Of a DNA stretch of 64,000 nucleotides, positions 25,201-37,500 are shown piece by piece. The notes under the pieces were generated by a model. That model made no database searches and had not been told where the DNA came from. It was given only the letters and a program-made list of their open reading frames with translations. Positions within the stretch are counted from its first letter, which is position 1. Every line of letters starts with the position of its first letter. The stretch is taken from contig CM102290.1 in assembly GCA_046563655.1 (NCBI GenBank), positions 12,648,001-12,712,000 on the forward strand, read 5' to 3'. The position numbers and the translations under genes were made by a program. The DNA comes from Yuukianura sp. NJ FZ-2021. Its lineage: Eukaryota.

Positions 25201-27103
25201 CCTATAACTAGAATGTCGCCTCGGTACTAACGATTAAGTAGCAGAAAATTTTACGCTTTTTGGTGAAATTTTTTACACGCCTTTCTGCAAAGGTGATTTT
25301 GAAATTCAAACTCGGCCATCAATCAGATCTAATCCTGGGATTCACTAAAGATCGATAAATGTTAAATCAAGGTTCGATACAGGTAGAGCTTTTCTACGGT
25401 ATCGTGTTATTATACTTAGGAATTTAACTCTTATAATATCGGTTCACAGATCAATCGTAATCCTCTATCCTAAAAGTACCACTCATTCTGAAACACAATT
25501 GTCATTTAGAAAACAAATCATCATTTTCACATAACCCAAAAGGAAGTAGAAATTTATTTATTAATTTTTTTTTGGTAATCAATCTGTTTTGAAATAAGTA
25601 TTTCAATTTCTTTTCTTTTTCCAAAAATGTGGAAGCAACGTTTGCGGTAAAAGTTAATTTCCTAATTAGGCATTGTGTAGTCTTGTTGTACCAAAATCTA
25701 AATAAATTTTGCGAAGTATGTTCGTAACCTAAATACTCGGAGATGTTGACAATTGAGGAGGAGATTTGCAAGGGCACTCGCCTTCCATATCAGTCATTCG
25801 TCATCCGCACTAACTAATGTGTGTAATGTTATTTTATCTAACTACGATTTATCGGGTGTGAAAAAGTTAAGGATGTCAATTTCCTATAGATAATTATAAC
25901 TCTACGTAGCAACAAACCCTACCGTGTGCGTTTAAATTTCAGAATTTTCCAAACTTCAGTATCAGAGGCAATGGAATTGTAAACGCACAGATTAAAACAA
26001 AACAACGCACATTTAAGTACTGTAATACAATAATTTACTAATTCATTGACCATTAACGTAACATGAACGGGTTATTTAACACTATTAAATTAATTTATAT
26101 AAAAAAAATTTCAAAAGAAAATAGTTTCTCTCGAATAAAAATTTTTTTCGAAAGCAGCGAAATAATTCATCCAAAATTTACGAAACACGAAACCAGTTTT
26201 AGATAAGTCATGATTTTGCAGGAGCGTCTTTTTTTGTGTCATGAATTTTGCAGAGCGTCGATTTGTTTTTCTTTAAGGTACTTTCAACTAAAACTTCAAA
26301 AATTTGCATCAGCACTGCCCCAATGACGCTCCGCCATTTCAAATTTTATTAAGTTCTTGCAAAAATTCACCTTTACTGCTTCAGTTTATAACGTTAGAAA
26401 GTGCACAATAGCCTCAAGGCGTTGTTGGAAGTGGGGATAGTCCTTGGCTTCATTTAATAAACTCAAGATGACTTTTGGACATGTTCTGACAAGAGCTTCT
26501 TCAGACATGGTTCAATGACCTTCTCCCACAACAAACAAATAAGGGGGGATACACCTCTGCTCCAATATGGCAGAAATTTACAAGATGCAACAAACAACAA
26601 TTGAAGATTGTTGTGCAACAATGCCCTCCGCCTGGAGTCATTCCACCTCCATGCACAATTCCCATTATTCCGTGAAAAAACAACGAAAAATTCCTCAAAC
26701 TTTTGTTTTTTCTTCAAAAGTGTTGCTTTTCTAATCAAATTTACGACATGGCAAGTTTTAAATCCCCGCTAAATTCTAAAAAAAAATTTTTTGGCGAGGA
26801 CCCTACCATGACAATAGGAGGGTGTGGTAGTGGATTGCGCAAAAATTTAGCACATGCGTAAGAAAACAGAGTTTAGCACATGCGTTTTCGAAATCCAACA
26901 ACAATTAAGCACCACTTAAGTATTTGCAGTGTTTCTGCCTCAACGCAAAGTTCTTAGCATATATTGCTGATGTCGACAATTGCAATAATTTGTACTATTT
27001 ACAAACTTAAAAGTAAAAGTAATTAGCAAAGTTACTCACCAATGTGATGTGGTTCGTACGTTCCGTTGCTAGGAGACGACGCTCCTTTCGATTTCGTTGC
27101 CAT
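22261..27103 (-). CDS. Lamin-like intermediate filament protein, 424 aa, 7 exons, 34-aa tail without Ig-fold, NLS or CaaX
   Basis: Exons 27103-27040, 24111-23978, 23852-23683, 23604-23472, 23399-23184, 22892-22441, 22366-22261; all GT-AG and phase-compatible. Coil 1a TPTTRSRIDEKNALISLNNRLAAILER; lamin-length coil 1b; rod end YQDLWDTKVVLDNEIATYHMLLEGEERRL. Confidence 0.92.
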
Positions 27104-29625
27104 GATTCACTTGACCTTAACTTCTGTTATACTTCAACTTGAAAAGGTGAACACGGAAGACAGGCAAGAGTCCAAAATGACAATGGGCAATTGTTCCAAT
27201 TGTTTTGAAAAAAAAAAACTTCTAACGTTGATGTGTAAATGCTCAGTTCACCTTCCAGAACCTTTTAGTTCAAAATTGAAAAGTAGGCCACTTAAATAGT
27301 CTGTCTGAGCATGGAAGTTTAACTTAACAGAACCTGGATGCTTGGCAAGCTACTAACGACTAGTACTAGCACAACTTTCCGAGAAAAGTGTTCCAAATTG
27401 TCACACTAGACTTGGCACTGCCAGGAAATTAAATAATGAAGAGCATCACAGTAAACTGCCACTGTCTTGTTAATGGCCCATTGTTAACAATTGTTTAACT
27501 TTTTACTTTAGGGAATACAGGCATTCCTCAAAATCGTTCCTGGCAACAAAATTTTGTAGTCGACTTACTGCTTAAAAGCTGTGCAGAAATGAGACAATAC
27601 GAACTGCTGAAAGAACCAAATCCAACTGCCAGTTTTTCTCTCTTGCCAAACAATACTCACCAAACTATCCACTTGATTATTTGCATTCCACGAGGTACGA
27701 AATGGGAGGTTTGGTTGTTGGGGACTCCACGTACTGTACACCTCCAATTCTACAATAAATCGTCCAGGGATACTTCCCATTTTAATTCGCAGCGAGGGAT
27801 TTCGCATACTTTGGAAATGAAAAGATCGAACAGCATTTCACCTCACTTTTTAGTTGCAGAAACCTTGGAGCATGGCCTTTTAGAATGATTTCGACCAACA
27901 TATCAAACTGAGAGTCCAATCTTTTCTTACACCAATTGTTAGACAAGGATTTACAACTGAAATGTTGAAATTTAGGTAAGTTAGTTGAAGAGCTAGTTGA
28001 AAACTTATTAAGTACCGTAAAACTTTTAATAGACTGGGCATTTATTCAAAACATTCATCCCCTGAGTTTAATGGATACCCCCCGCTTGTAAAAGGCCGAT
28101 TATTAGAAGTTTTACGGTAATGCTAAAACCCAAAATTTTTCAAAAATCTCAAATCAAAACCGTTTTCAAAAATTTAGCCCGAATTTATTTGTTTCTTATA
28201 AACAGAAACACATTGAATTTTTTAAAAAAGACTCAATTTCTTCTAAAAAATTTAACTACTAAAACTAAACTAAAAACTAAATATACTAAAAGTCGAATAA
28301 TGTACAATTTATAAAAAATATACCAAACGTGACAATTTTAGTGACTAAATTGTATTTTCGTATCTAAAATCTGAAACCAAGCATTTTTTTAACTAGAGCC
28401 TCAAGGGCGGATTTTGTACTCATCTCTTCCTCATTCTTATAAATGTACATCTTTTGATAAATTTCTTAATAAAAAAGGTCAACGTAAATAGCATAATAGT
28501 AGTTCAATTTAGTAACAAAAAATAGAAACAATTTAATAAAATTATATGAATTGAACCAACAAAAAAAAGACTCTTAGACTCTGCTGTGCAAGCGGCCTTG
28601 AATTACACATTTTGGGCTGTGCAATAAGTTGAAAATGGACTGGACATGCTCAACCCATCGAATTTGAGACTCTGTGTATTCCCCTACGGGAAGGCGTTAA
28701 GAATGGACATTGCACAATTTTCAATTTGAAAGTAAAGTCAAGTATTTTAATTTATTCCGAGCCCGCATACCTCTCCATGTACCTCATCATCCCATTCTGA
28801 ATAATGACGTGAAATGTACAATGTTTTTGAGGAAAAAGTGGACACCCCAAAACCGTTTCCATGCCAATATTTTCGAATTCGGTAACCGTTGGGAGGAGAG
28901 TGACATGACAAGACGCGAACTAGTAGCATTTTGCTTTCCAGACAAAAGCGTCTGTAATCTGTAATCCGTTAGAATTTCTTACCACATTACAAAGAAAGCA
29001 ATAACTTGTGTTTCTATTCAGCCAAATTACAGTTAAAAGTACTGCGGGCACAACAGGAACATTTTTATGACCTCCAACCGAGGTAATTTGGAAACAACTT
29101 TTCGATTTTTTTTTATTTTTTGAAAATAATCCATCAAAATTTGATGCATTTAATGCAGTGCTCCCAGAGTACTGAAAAACCTTGAAAACGCCTGGAGTTC
29201 TTTGTTAATGATTCCTTTTTTTTAGTTTTGATTTTTGTAACACAAACTAACAAGACACCTCATTGACATCTTACGTTCAGATCCTAATTTCTTTAAACAA
29301 AAAAAAGTAAATGACCTATTGGCCAAAGCACTGTGCTCACGAGTGCCGTTTTTAAGCTTGCTCGTGTAGACATAGTCGAACAAAGCCGGAAGAGGATCAA
29401 AAACGAACTGGGAGCATACCGCCTGAAGCAAGCGTAAGAAAACTACGGTCAGGGTCATATTTAAACTAAAGCAGAGTTCATAAACTTTAATGACATACGA
29501 CATCGTCATACGACAACGAAGCGACCAGACGAGTGTATCTGAACAGCTGACCTACTTTATATAAGTAAGTTTAAATAGTAAATGCAGACTCGAAGGTCTC
29601 ACCATATGTTGCCATATCTCACCAT

Positions 29626-29768
29626 AACCCGACATGCACGTCAACCTCTGTTAAGCGGGAGCCTTCCTTTGATCAGGATGCAACTCCTCGAGTCACACCT
29701 CGACAGGCTCCTCCTCCGTTAGTCGCGCCGGTACCGACCAACCCGACATGCACGTCAACATCTGTTAA
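29626..29768. repeat. 29-bp direct repeat pair (1 mismatch)
   Basis: AACCCGACATGCACGTCAAC(C/A)TCTGTTAA at 29626-29654 and 29740-29768. Confidence 0.8.
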
Positions 29769-31138
29769 AAAGTCACTTTTCAATTGAAAATTTGTACATT
29801 TTACTAAATTGGACATTTCAACAATTCTGATTTGAAAACAACTGACAATTAAGTTTCGATTTTCAACAAATAAACAATTCGAAGTGCTTTTTCAATTAAC
29901 GAAATTCTCGATTCAGAGAAGCTAAAATATTTCCAATTAAGGAATTTCTCAATCTAGAGACTTTTAAACTGGAAACCAACTAAAATTAACTTAACTTAAA
30001 TAAAAGAGGCTTCCACCTCCTCCCCAAGCATCATCTCGTCGGATGTTCGTGGCTTCTTGTTTTTTTTTTGTTTTTTTTGGCTTGCCATTAGCCCGTCAAG
30101 TCGTGGATCGAGCTTCGATTGCTTCACTCAGGACTTCCGCTACAGCCAACGACCTCTCAACTGGAATCGGATTGATCGGTAATCGACCTGTTACCTCATC
30201 ATCAGCATCTGCCTTTCGTTATGCGAAGAAAAGGTTCACAATTTGTTCTGATTTTTGAAGGTTTGGTTACGAGACATTCGTAAAACGATTGCTCGCATCC
30301 CCCCTTCCCTTTTCTTCCTTTTCAGCATGCAGGTCACGGAATTTACCGTGTAGCCCAGAGGTAGAGCATCGGTTCAGGTCAAAACCCGATTTTACAAATT
30401 TAGAGGACCCCCATGCGCGGATCTTTTTTTGGAAAACGGGAAATTGTAGGTTTTTGGTGGCTTTTGGTGCCTCAGACTAGCCCCGCCGTCCTAAATTTCA
30501 TTAGTAATTGTTCCCTTCCCGACATAAGATTCATAGACTCAGTCAATAAATGGTATTCTTTGGGAGAACATCTCCCCACCAAATCTCCAGTCTAGATTTG
30601 ACTTGCTCATTTATTGGCATCTTCGTTCAGTGTCATCGAGGTCACACATCGCAGGTCATCGCCGCAGTCTGGCGAAGACCATCAGCCGTCACTACCGTCT
30701 CAAACTGTGACACTCCTAGCTAAAAATTCAAAAGACGAACCGTGACCTTTGACATTTCTGAAGTCCATGTCCAGCTCAACTTACTCGATAAACTTTTGGG
30801 CTCACCAGATTCCCACTTCTTCGCTTAGTAGTATACTAGTGCGTCGCGATCCGATGAATCCGCGATCCGCCTTTTAGGGAGACTCCTCTGTTTCTTCACA
30901 GTCACTCCTCCCCATCAAGATCAAAGCAAGAAGAATTCATCCGTCCTCATTCTTTCTGATTGGACTAAAATCTACGTGTTAATTGTCACTCTTCTCAACT
31001 GCCGTAGCGGCAGTGCGCTTGCTCCTTTGGATTCGGGAAACCCCGTTTGTGGAAACCTTAAGGATTGCGTAAACAAGGATGTCAACTAAACGGAAATGCT
31101 CGAGATAATCTTTTTCCATCAAAAAGTGGCCTAGTGGA

Positions 31139-32055
31139 ATGAGATATGTTCGCCAACTTCTACGTAAGAGCCAAAATAATGAAGTCGTGCGTACACGAGG
31201 GGACCTTCACGTGTCACAGAAGCCGAGACTGTCCGATCCTGCAGAAGTGTCGGCAGAGCTGCAACCGGACACACCGTCGCGACACTCGGTGTACGAGGAT
31301 GTCGACCATGGAGCTAGTAGCAGTTACATCAGCGTTCGCTCAGCACTTGGAAGCAAGAGTCAGAAGTATCTCAACGCTGGACACGGTTGCACAATATTTG
31401 CGGGGTGTGCCGCAGCTTTGCATTTCATACAGTGTTGCTCAGCATGGGACTCAAATAGTATGGATAACGTTCTTGAAGTCGGAGCGCGCACTTACGAAGA
31501 TGTACTCCAACAGAAAAATGTAACGCGGAATGCCTTCCTGGGGCAGGAACACTTGCACTTTTCGAATTCAACGACGGCGTTATCAAAGTGAATTCGCTTG
31601 ACAAAGAAACCACACTTGGTGTATTAGACAGTTTCCCGCCTCAGTCCGGTATTGCAGGCACACGTCTGCACTTAGCGTTAGACGAAGTGCTGGTTACGAA
31701 ATTGCAAAGAGCTGCACTTGTTATTGCAAATTCTTATTCCATGTGCGTGCTTCAGGGCCAAGGATCACTATTTTACTTTGACTCACATGGAAGAAATGAA
31801 AGTGGCAACGTAGCACCAGAAAATGGAAAAGCATGTCTAATTGAATTTAGTTTGAGGGACGCGGCGACTGTGGCAAAATTATCTAAACTTATTCATTTGA
31901 ACGTGAATTCGACCTCCGCAGACAAAGATGTCTTCTTTCAACTATACCCACTTCATACGTCTTTTGTAAAGAAGGCTCAAGACAATGGAAAAATGGAGTC
32001 GGTTCGGACATACGTTGCCCCGGATACCGATCGTGGATTCCAGGCGAAGGAATGA
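31139..32055 (+). pseudogene. Intronless, frameshifted herpes large-tegument-like (VTD / peptidase C76-like) deubiquitinase domain, probably transposon-derived
   Basis: ORF 31139..31591 has AGHGC...WDSNSMDNVLEVGARTY; ORF 31588..32055 has YSMCV...FYFDSHGRNESG...NGKACLIEF. One extra base near 31556 joins them into one frame (...QEHL[P]LFEFNDG...). Confidence 0.75.
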
Positions 32056-32420
32056 TTTCCTTTGTTGAATCGGAAATTGGTAACTCGCTTCAAAAATCAT
32101 GTACACGCTGGAAGGACCCTAAGGAATCCGTGGCACAGTCAAAGAAGGTTATTCCAGATCTATCCATGCCGCTGTACCGATTAGGATTTAATTACCTTTC
32201 TTTCGGCCTTCCAAACCGGAAGAACAACAAAGAAAAAAATCGAGACAGCCCTCCTCACTGTGGCTGTCAACACTATCCAAAATTAAAACTACAATTCTGT
32301 CACTCAAGAATGAAGTTGCTCCAACATCTTCACATCCTGTTTTACGTAAGAGTTCAGAAAAATTACTTAGAAATTGGCCAAACGAAATTAAGTCTACCTA
32401 AGTACAAAAAAAAAAAAACT

Positions 32421-32565
32421 ATGGTTCTGTCTGTAGGTAGCTTCAACACACAAGGCCTAAAAAATCTTCAACCTAGAATATAGTTAGTAAAATTACTAAA
32501 TCTATTTAAGCCGGGTATTTTATATTTACAAGAAATTAATCTTGACCCAAAGTTCGAACTCTTTT
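32421..32565 (+). mobile_element. Truncated APE-type (EEP) endonuclease N-terminus, LINE ORF2- or Helentron-like remnant
   Basis: MVLSVGSFNTQGLKNLQPRI*LVKLLNLFKPGILYLQEINL carries the SxNxxGL and LQE motifs; in-frame TAG at 32481-32483. Confidence 0.7.
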
Positions 32566-32772
32566 ACGTGAGGTCAAAAGAGATCTTGAGGATGATTCGA
32601 AAGAGTCTTTTGAACATGGAGACTGACTCTAAACTGTGTCTTTTTCTCACAAATGCGTCTTTTTCTGGAAGGTGACTTCCAGAAGAAGGAAATTTGTGAA
32701 GGGGGGAAAAAGCAGGAGAGTTGCTCCTAATCAGAGACTTGCTAATTTGCAGATCTCTGATTCGCAAATTTT

Positions 32773-33182
32773 CAGGGTTGGGTGGTTTTTGGTTTTTTAA
32801 ATAAAAACCAAAAAAACCTGGTTTTTGGTTTAAACCAGGTTTTTTTATGGTTTAAATCAAAAGCGGGTTTTTATCGAAAATAGTACACTGAAAAGGTGTA
32901 TTTGAGTAAAATATTGTCAAATAATGTAGTTAGTTTGTCTACTTTTGACTAAAATTTGACAGCTGAAGAGAAAAAAGGGTTAAATAGAACAAGTAGAAGC
33001 ATATAACACAACAATTTGTGGGGAATTCGTTGTTTCGAGGTGAAAAATTTCAAGATTTCCCCGTTTTCCATGCTAATTTCTGTGTTAATTTAAACCAGGT
33101 TTTTATTTAAAAAAAACCACTTGGGTTAAACCATGGTTTAAACCATTGGTTTAAATCAATTAGTTTAAACCAGCCAACCCTG
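32773..33182. mobile_element. hAT-type MITE
   Basis: TIR CAGGGTTGG(G/C)TGGTTT; exact 8-bp TSD CAAATTTT at 32765-32772 and 33183-33190; subterminal GGTTTAAACC motifs. Confidence 0.9.
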
Positions 33183-33587
33183 CAAATTTTCATTCATTCG
33201 TTGATTTAGCTCACCTGCAGTAAGTTGCAACTTGCAAAAAGAAATTCCCTCGAGTTGTCTTTCGAGCCCATTGACAAGACCGATCGGGACAAATTACAAA
33301 CTGAAACTGACGCTTATTAACATGGAATTTTTCAGTTTCTTTTTGAGAAAAGAAGAGTAAAAATAAGTCCAGCATTTTGAGAACCATTTAGGCAGGTCGT
33401 TGGCTTGAGTCTCAAAATGAATCGTTTTTATTTGAGCTATTTCAAGTCCTGTGTTCTTTTGAGTAAGGATTAGTTGCATTTCTTAGAACGCGTGGAGGGC
33501 ACTGTGGATTGGCGGAGTCTCTGGCTCCTCCCAGTATGCTTCCGCAGCTCCCGCTATTCAAGGGTTTTGGCACAAACCAAAACGTGA

Positions 33588-33718
33588 ATTTGAAAATGCT
33601 TTTGAAAACGAAATGCAATTGAAAATGCTTTTGAAAACGAAATGCAATTAAAAATATATTTGAAAATGCTTTTGTAAAGGAAATGCAATTGAAAATGCAT
33701 TTGAAAATGCTTTTTGAA
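33588..33718. repeat. Degenerate ~29-bp tandem repeat (TTGAAAATGCTTTTGAAAACGAAATGCAA)
   Basis: Two near-exact copies followed by degenerate ones. Confidence 0.75.
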
Positions 33719-34291
33719 TTACAAAATTAGAAAAACAGCATTGGCACTCTGGGGCCACCATAGTTATGGAAGAATTTCCGGAATACTTTCTTGCAAGATG
33801 AAAAAAGAGTGAGAAATGGGAAGAAAACCAGAAAAAACGACAACGCCGTAACTAAAGAATACAAAACTGACACATATAGGTGCTCTGCTCATGCTCCTGA
33901 TTCATGATGATGACTCGGACTTTCCACTGGACTTTATCGGACTCTCCCGGGACCTCTCCTCGGATTCAGAAGACCCCCCTCCCCCCGGATTGCGTGGAGC
34001 AGGCACCCGGAGGACCCCTCCCCCCCCCCCCCCATGTGTGGCAGATCCCATACAGCACCCGATGCACTCCCCCTTAGGATACGGATATGATATGTCATTC
34101 TTGTGCTTTTCTTAGGTTAGGTTAGATCTAGATTGTTACTTTGCAGCCTTTTGTGCAGCCAGAAGCATTTCCCTTGACATAAAATTCTTCTGCGACACAA
34201 TGTTTTTGTTCAGAAAAGTGTTCTAACCTGCAGCGGTGTCATAAATTATGAAAAAGCGCCTCACAGATATGTAAATCTGAAACTTTCGGCG

Positions 34292-34356
34292 TAAATACGT
34301 TTTTCCTATTTCATGAATTGTTAGTAACAATTCATGGAATAGGAAAAACGTATTTA
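34292..34356. repeat. 65-bp near-perfect palindrome
   Basis: 32-bp arms with one mismatch and a 1-nt spacer, ~190 bp downstream of the GTF3C3 stop. Confidence 0.9.
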
Positions 34357-34549
34357 ATGTATGTAATGTATATATCAAAAAGTAACAATTTGTTACTTAG
34401 AAACCTCCCACATCTTCGTGTAAAGAAGAAAATTATAAAGCCGTTTACACAGCAGAGTCTGCGAGAACTGAGTTAAACAGGGAAAATTGAGGAATGCTCT
34501 ACAATCTAAAGGTCAATGACCAGTACGTTATGAAATATTGAAAGACCAT

Positions 34550-37500
34550 TCATACCCTGACGTATTGAAACAGAAACGAACGTGCCAAGTCATGTGCACC
34601 GCTCCTGATGTAAATTTGTGCCAGATTAAAGGCAGCTTCCTGTTTGAGGTCCAGGACGTTTCCATCTTCAAAGAACTGCTGCTTGAGAGGGTCAGGATCC
34701 GCAGAAGGAGGTTCCGTTTGTAGAACGAGTTGGTAGAAAGAAATTGCCAAAGCAAATAGGCCCATTGAATGGAAAATCCTGGCCATGTTGTAGTAGGACT
34801 CTTGACAATTCCCTCTCAGTTCCATGTAGCGTCTCATGAATGCCAGAATATTGATGCACAACTGGACACGACTTTGGCTTGTCTTCTGAGTCAGGACGTG
34901 GAGTAGGACCGAGGAGATCATGAGCGGAACGAAGGGGTCTTCCGGTGTTTGAGTGAAGAGGTTGAAGTACTCCATGAGGGCATTCTTGTATGCTCCAGTA
35001 ACAAAACTGATGTTGGCGTTTAGCAGAAGTAGGCGCGTGTCCAGAGGAATTTTGTTGACTAAGCGAGATATGTGTCGTGTGTACCTCGTGTTATCACAGG
35101 TGTGGAGAATGACGGCAAACAAATTGAGCACTTGATTGGTTAGAGAGTAGCGGGCAAGGAAGACGCGGATGTGTTGTGGCAAGACGTCGTCGTCTCCTGC
35201 AAACGCTGATGCCAGGAACGTTTGGAATTCACACTCGTTTTCAATTGCAGCCACATTCGAAAAGACTGTTGAAGCGCATGCTCCGTACGTGATGCCACAG
35301 AGGAGATCCCAACGTTCCATATGAGTAAAGATTCGACATAGTTGGAGGTATAGTGCGTATTCCTGGTCAAGGTTGGCGTCTTTCTCTAAAAACTTGTCCA
35401 CAGCGTCAGGCGTTGCAACTCCTCTCTCAGAGCGATCGAACATCACAGAGGCATGGCGTTTTCCAGCGTTGCTTGCCATTGAAATGACTGTAAAGTAATA
35501 AAATTCATAATGGGGTAAAAATTACTAAAACAGACTCAATTGATTGCAAGATTTTAGTAGTAAGCAAAATCGTACCGAGGGCATCCTCAGTGTCCTGGAC
35601 GTCCAGAAAATGTCTCGAGAGAAGCTTTGTTCCAAGTTGTATAAACTCTTTGAACTGACCTCGTTTGTACAAAATGTGACACCTCTCCAGCAGAAGATCA
35701 GGGTCAATAAATTCATCGGAATCTATTTAGATTTGCGGAACTTCCAATTACTATACGATTAGACATCGGTTCAGAACATAACTTTTCGAGATACTTGCCT
35801 TGCTTCAGTGTTTCCAGTGCATCATCCACCCTGCCAAGCTTTTGTAGTATCACAGCCAAGTTCAGTTTTGCTAAAGTTCGATTCGGAGCCAGTTTCACGA
35901 CCTCTTGGTAAGCAACTACAGCTTCCTCGAGCCGAACAAGTAGAAAAAGGCATTCGGCATATCTGAGCCACACAGCGGCCTAGAAACAGTTTTGAAATAA
36001 TTAAAAAGATAATAAATAAAACTAAAAAGATGACACAACGCATATTACAGTCAAGTTTCCCACTTAGGCCATTTGCCAAATACAAAACAAAATACAATTG
36101 AACTACACTGGGGTTAGACAATTAACATGAGTCTGCGGTCAAATTGTCATTGGCAATTCCCCCATTTGCCATTTGGCGTTTCATTTTGCCAGTTCACCGC
36201 CAATGTACGGGTGCGAGTTTTGTACTTCTCAATTGTATTTTGTTTTGTACTATTTGGCAAATGGCCTAAGTGGGAAACTTGACTGTAACTTAATTTTTGT
36301 CACTACTAGTACCTGTGAATAAGTTTCAGACTGAATTAGCGGTACCAGGTACTGAAGAGCAAGTTCGTAGTTCCTTTTAGCCATGTAAGACTCGGCGATA
36401 TCCAAATACAAATCTCCATACGTTTCTACACTCGCAACAAGCATTTGTGTGCCTAATTTCTGAAAAAAGAAAAAAAAATTATAACAACATTTTGAAAAAA
36501 AATCAAGCAAATTAGCTACAAACTTACTTCAGTTAGAATGTAAGCTTCCAAGTGGACCAACACCGTAATCAATTTGGCTAGTAAGTCCAGAGCAAAATTC
36601 CTTGGAACAACACAATCATAGTGACCAGATTGTAGCGCAGTGCTGAGTCTCTCCCGTGTTATGAATTCAATCTCCGGAATGGCAGGAATGAATTGAACAT
36701 GTTCAAACTTAATTAGAACTTGACAAGCCTCAACGTATTGCTTCATGGCTATGCACAAGTCCAACATCAAATTGGATTCTAATCACAAAGTAAAGAAGTT
36801 AATACCAGTATCAGTGAGTGTCATTAGAAATACATACTAATCAAGGTACCTGCTGGACTAATAAACGCTGGAAACAACTCGAACGCCTGACTTAGAGATT
36901 CATGAGCTTTGGGAATGTCCTCCAATTTATGATGAATGCACGCAGCCCGTCTTAAAGCCACTACACAACTGAGACCGTCGTTACTAAATTCTAGAATAAT
37001 GAGAATTTGAAGATTGAATCATTATCTACCAATCAAAATTCGTGTATCCTGTGACGGATCAGTAAATCTGTACGTTCTGTTTGCTATACTAGGTATGGAT
37101 AAATGAATGAATGATTCTAGTTCATTTACGTGTTGGAAATCTGGAGTATAGTTTTAAAGCTGCCTTCAAGTCTGATGTGTCTTCCAGAATTTGACCATAT
37201 TTCAAGTGAAGCGAGGAGTCGTCTGGATCCATTCTGATAGCTAAAACAGAAGAGATAAAATCAAACAAAATTGGATTGAATGTCAATCTGAAAAGTCATA
37301 AAATTATGAAAGAGCTACAATTCAATCAACTGTGAATGAATTTTATCTAACCTTTTTTAATGCACATCAGGGCTTGTCGTTGGTTTCCGAACTGAATGGA
37401 CATGTCTGCAATCCGTGACCAATCCTTGAATCCTCTCGGTTGCAAAAACGCCGCAATGAACAAATACTGTAAGGACTTCTCTGGTTGGCTCTCATATATT

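Noticed and set aside
30040..30480. Decayed minus-strand coding-like sequence
   Set aside because: Multiple stops and no recognisable motif; probably TE debris that I cannot assign.
31146..31523. FTCHRSRDCPILQKCRQSCNR resembles a nuclear-receptor second zinc finger (C-x5-C-x9-C)
   Set aside because: The fourth Cys and the whole first finger are absent, and it lies in an alternative frame of the VTD ORF; probably chance.
33891..34115. Pro-rich ORF over a C-rich tract
   Set aside because: The translation reflects poly-C runs of a probable repeat remnant; no splice or homology support.
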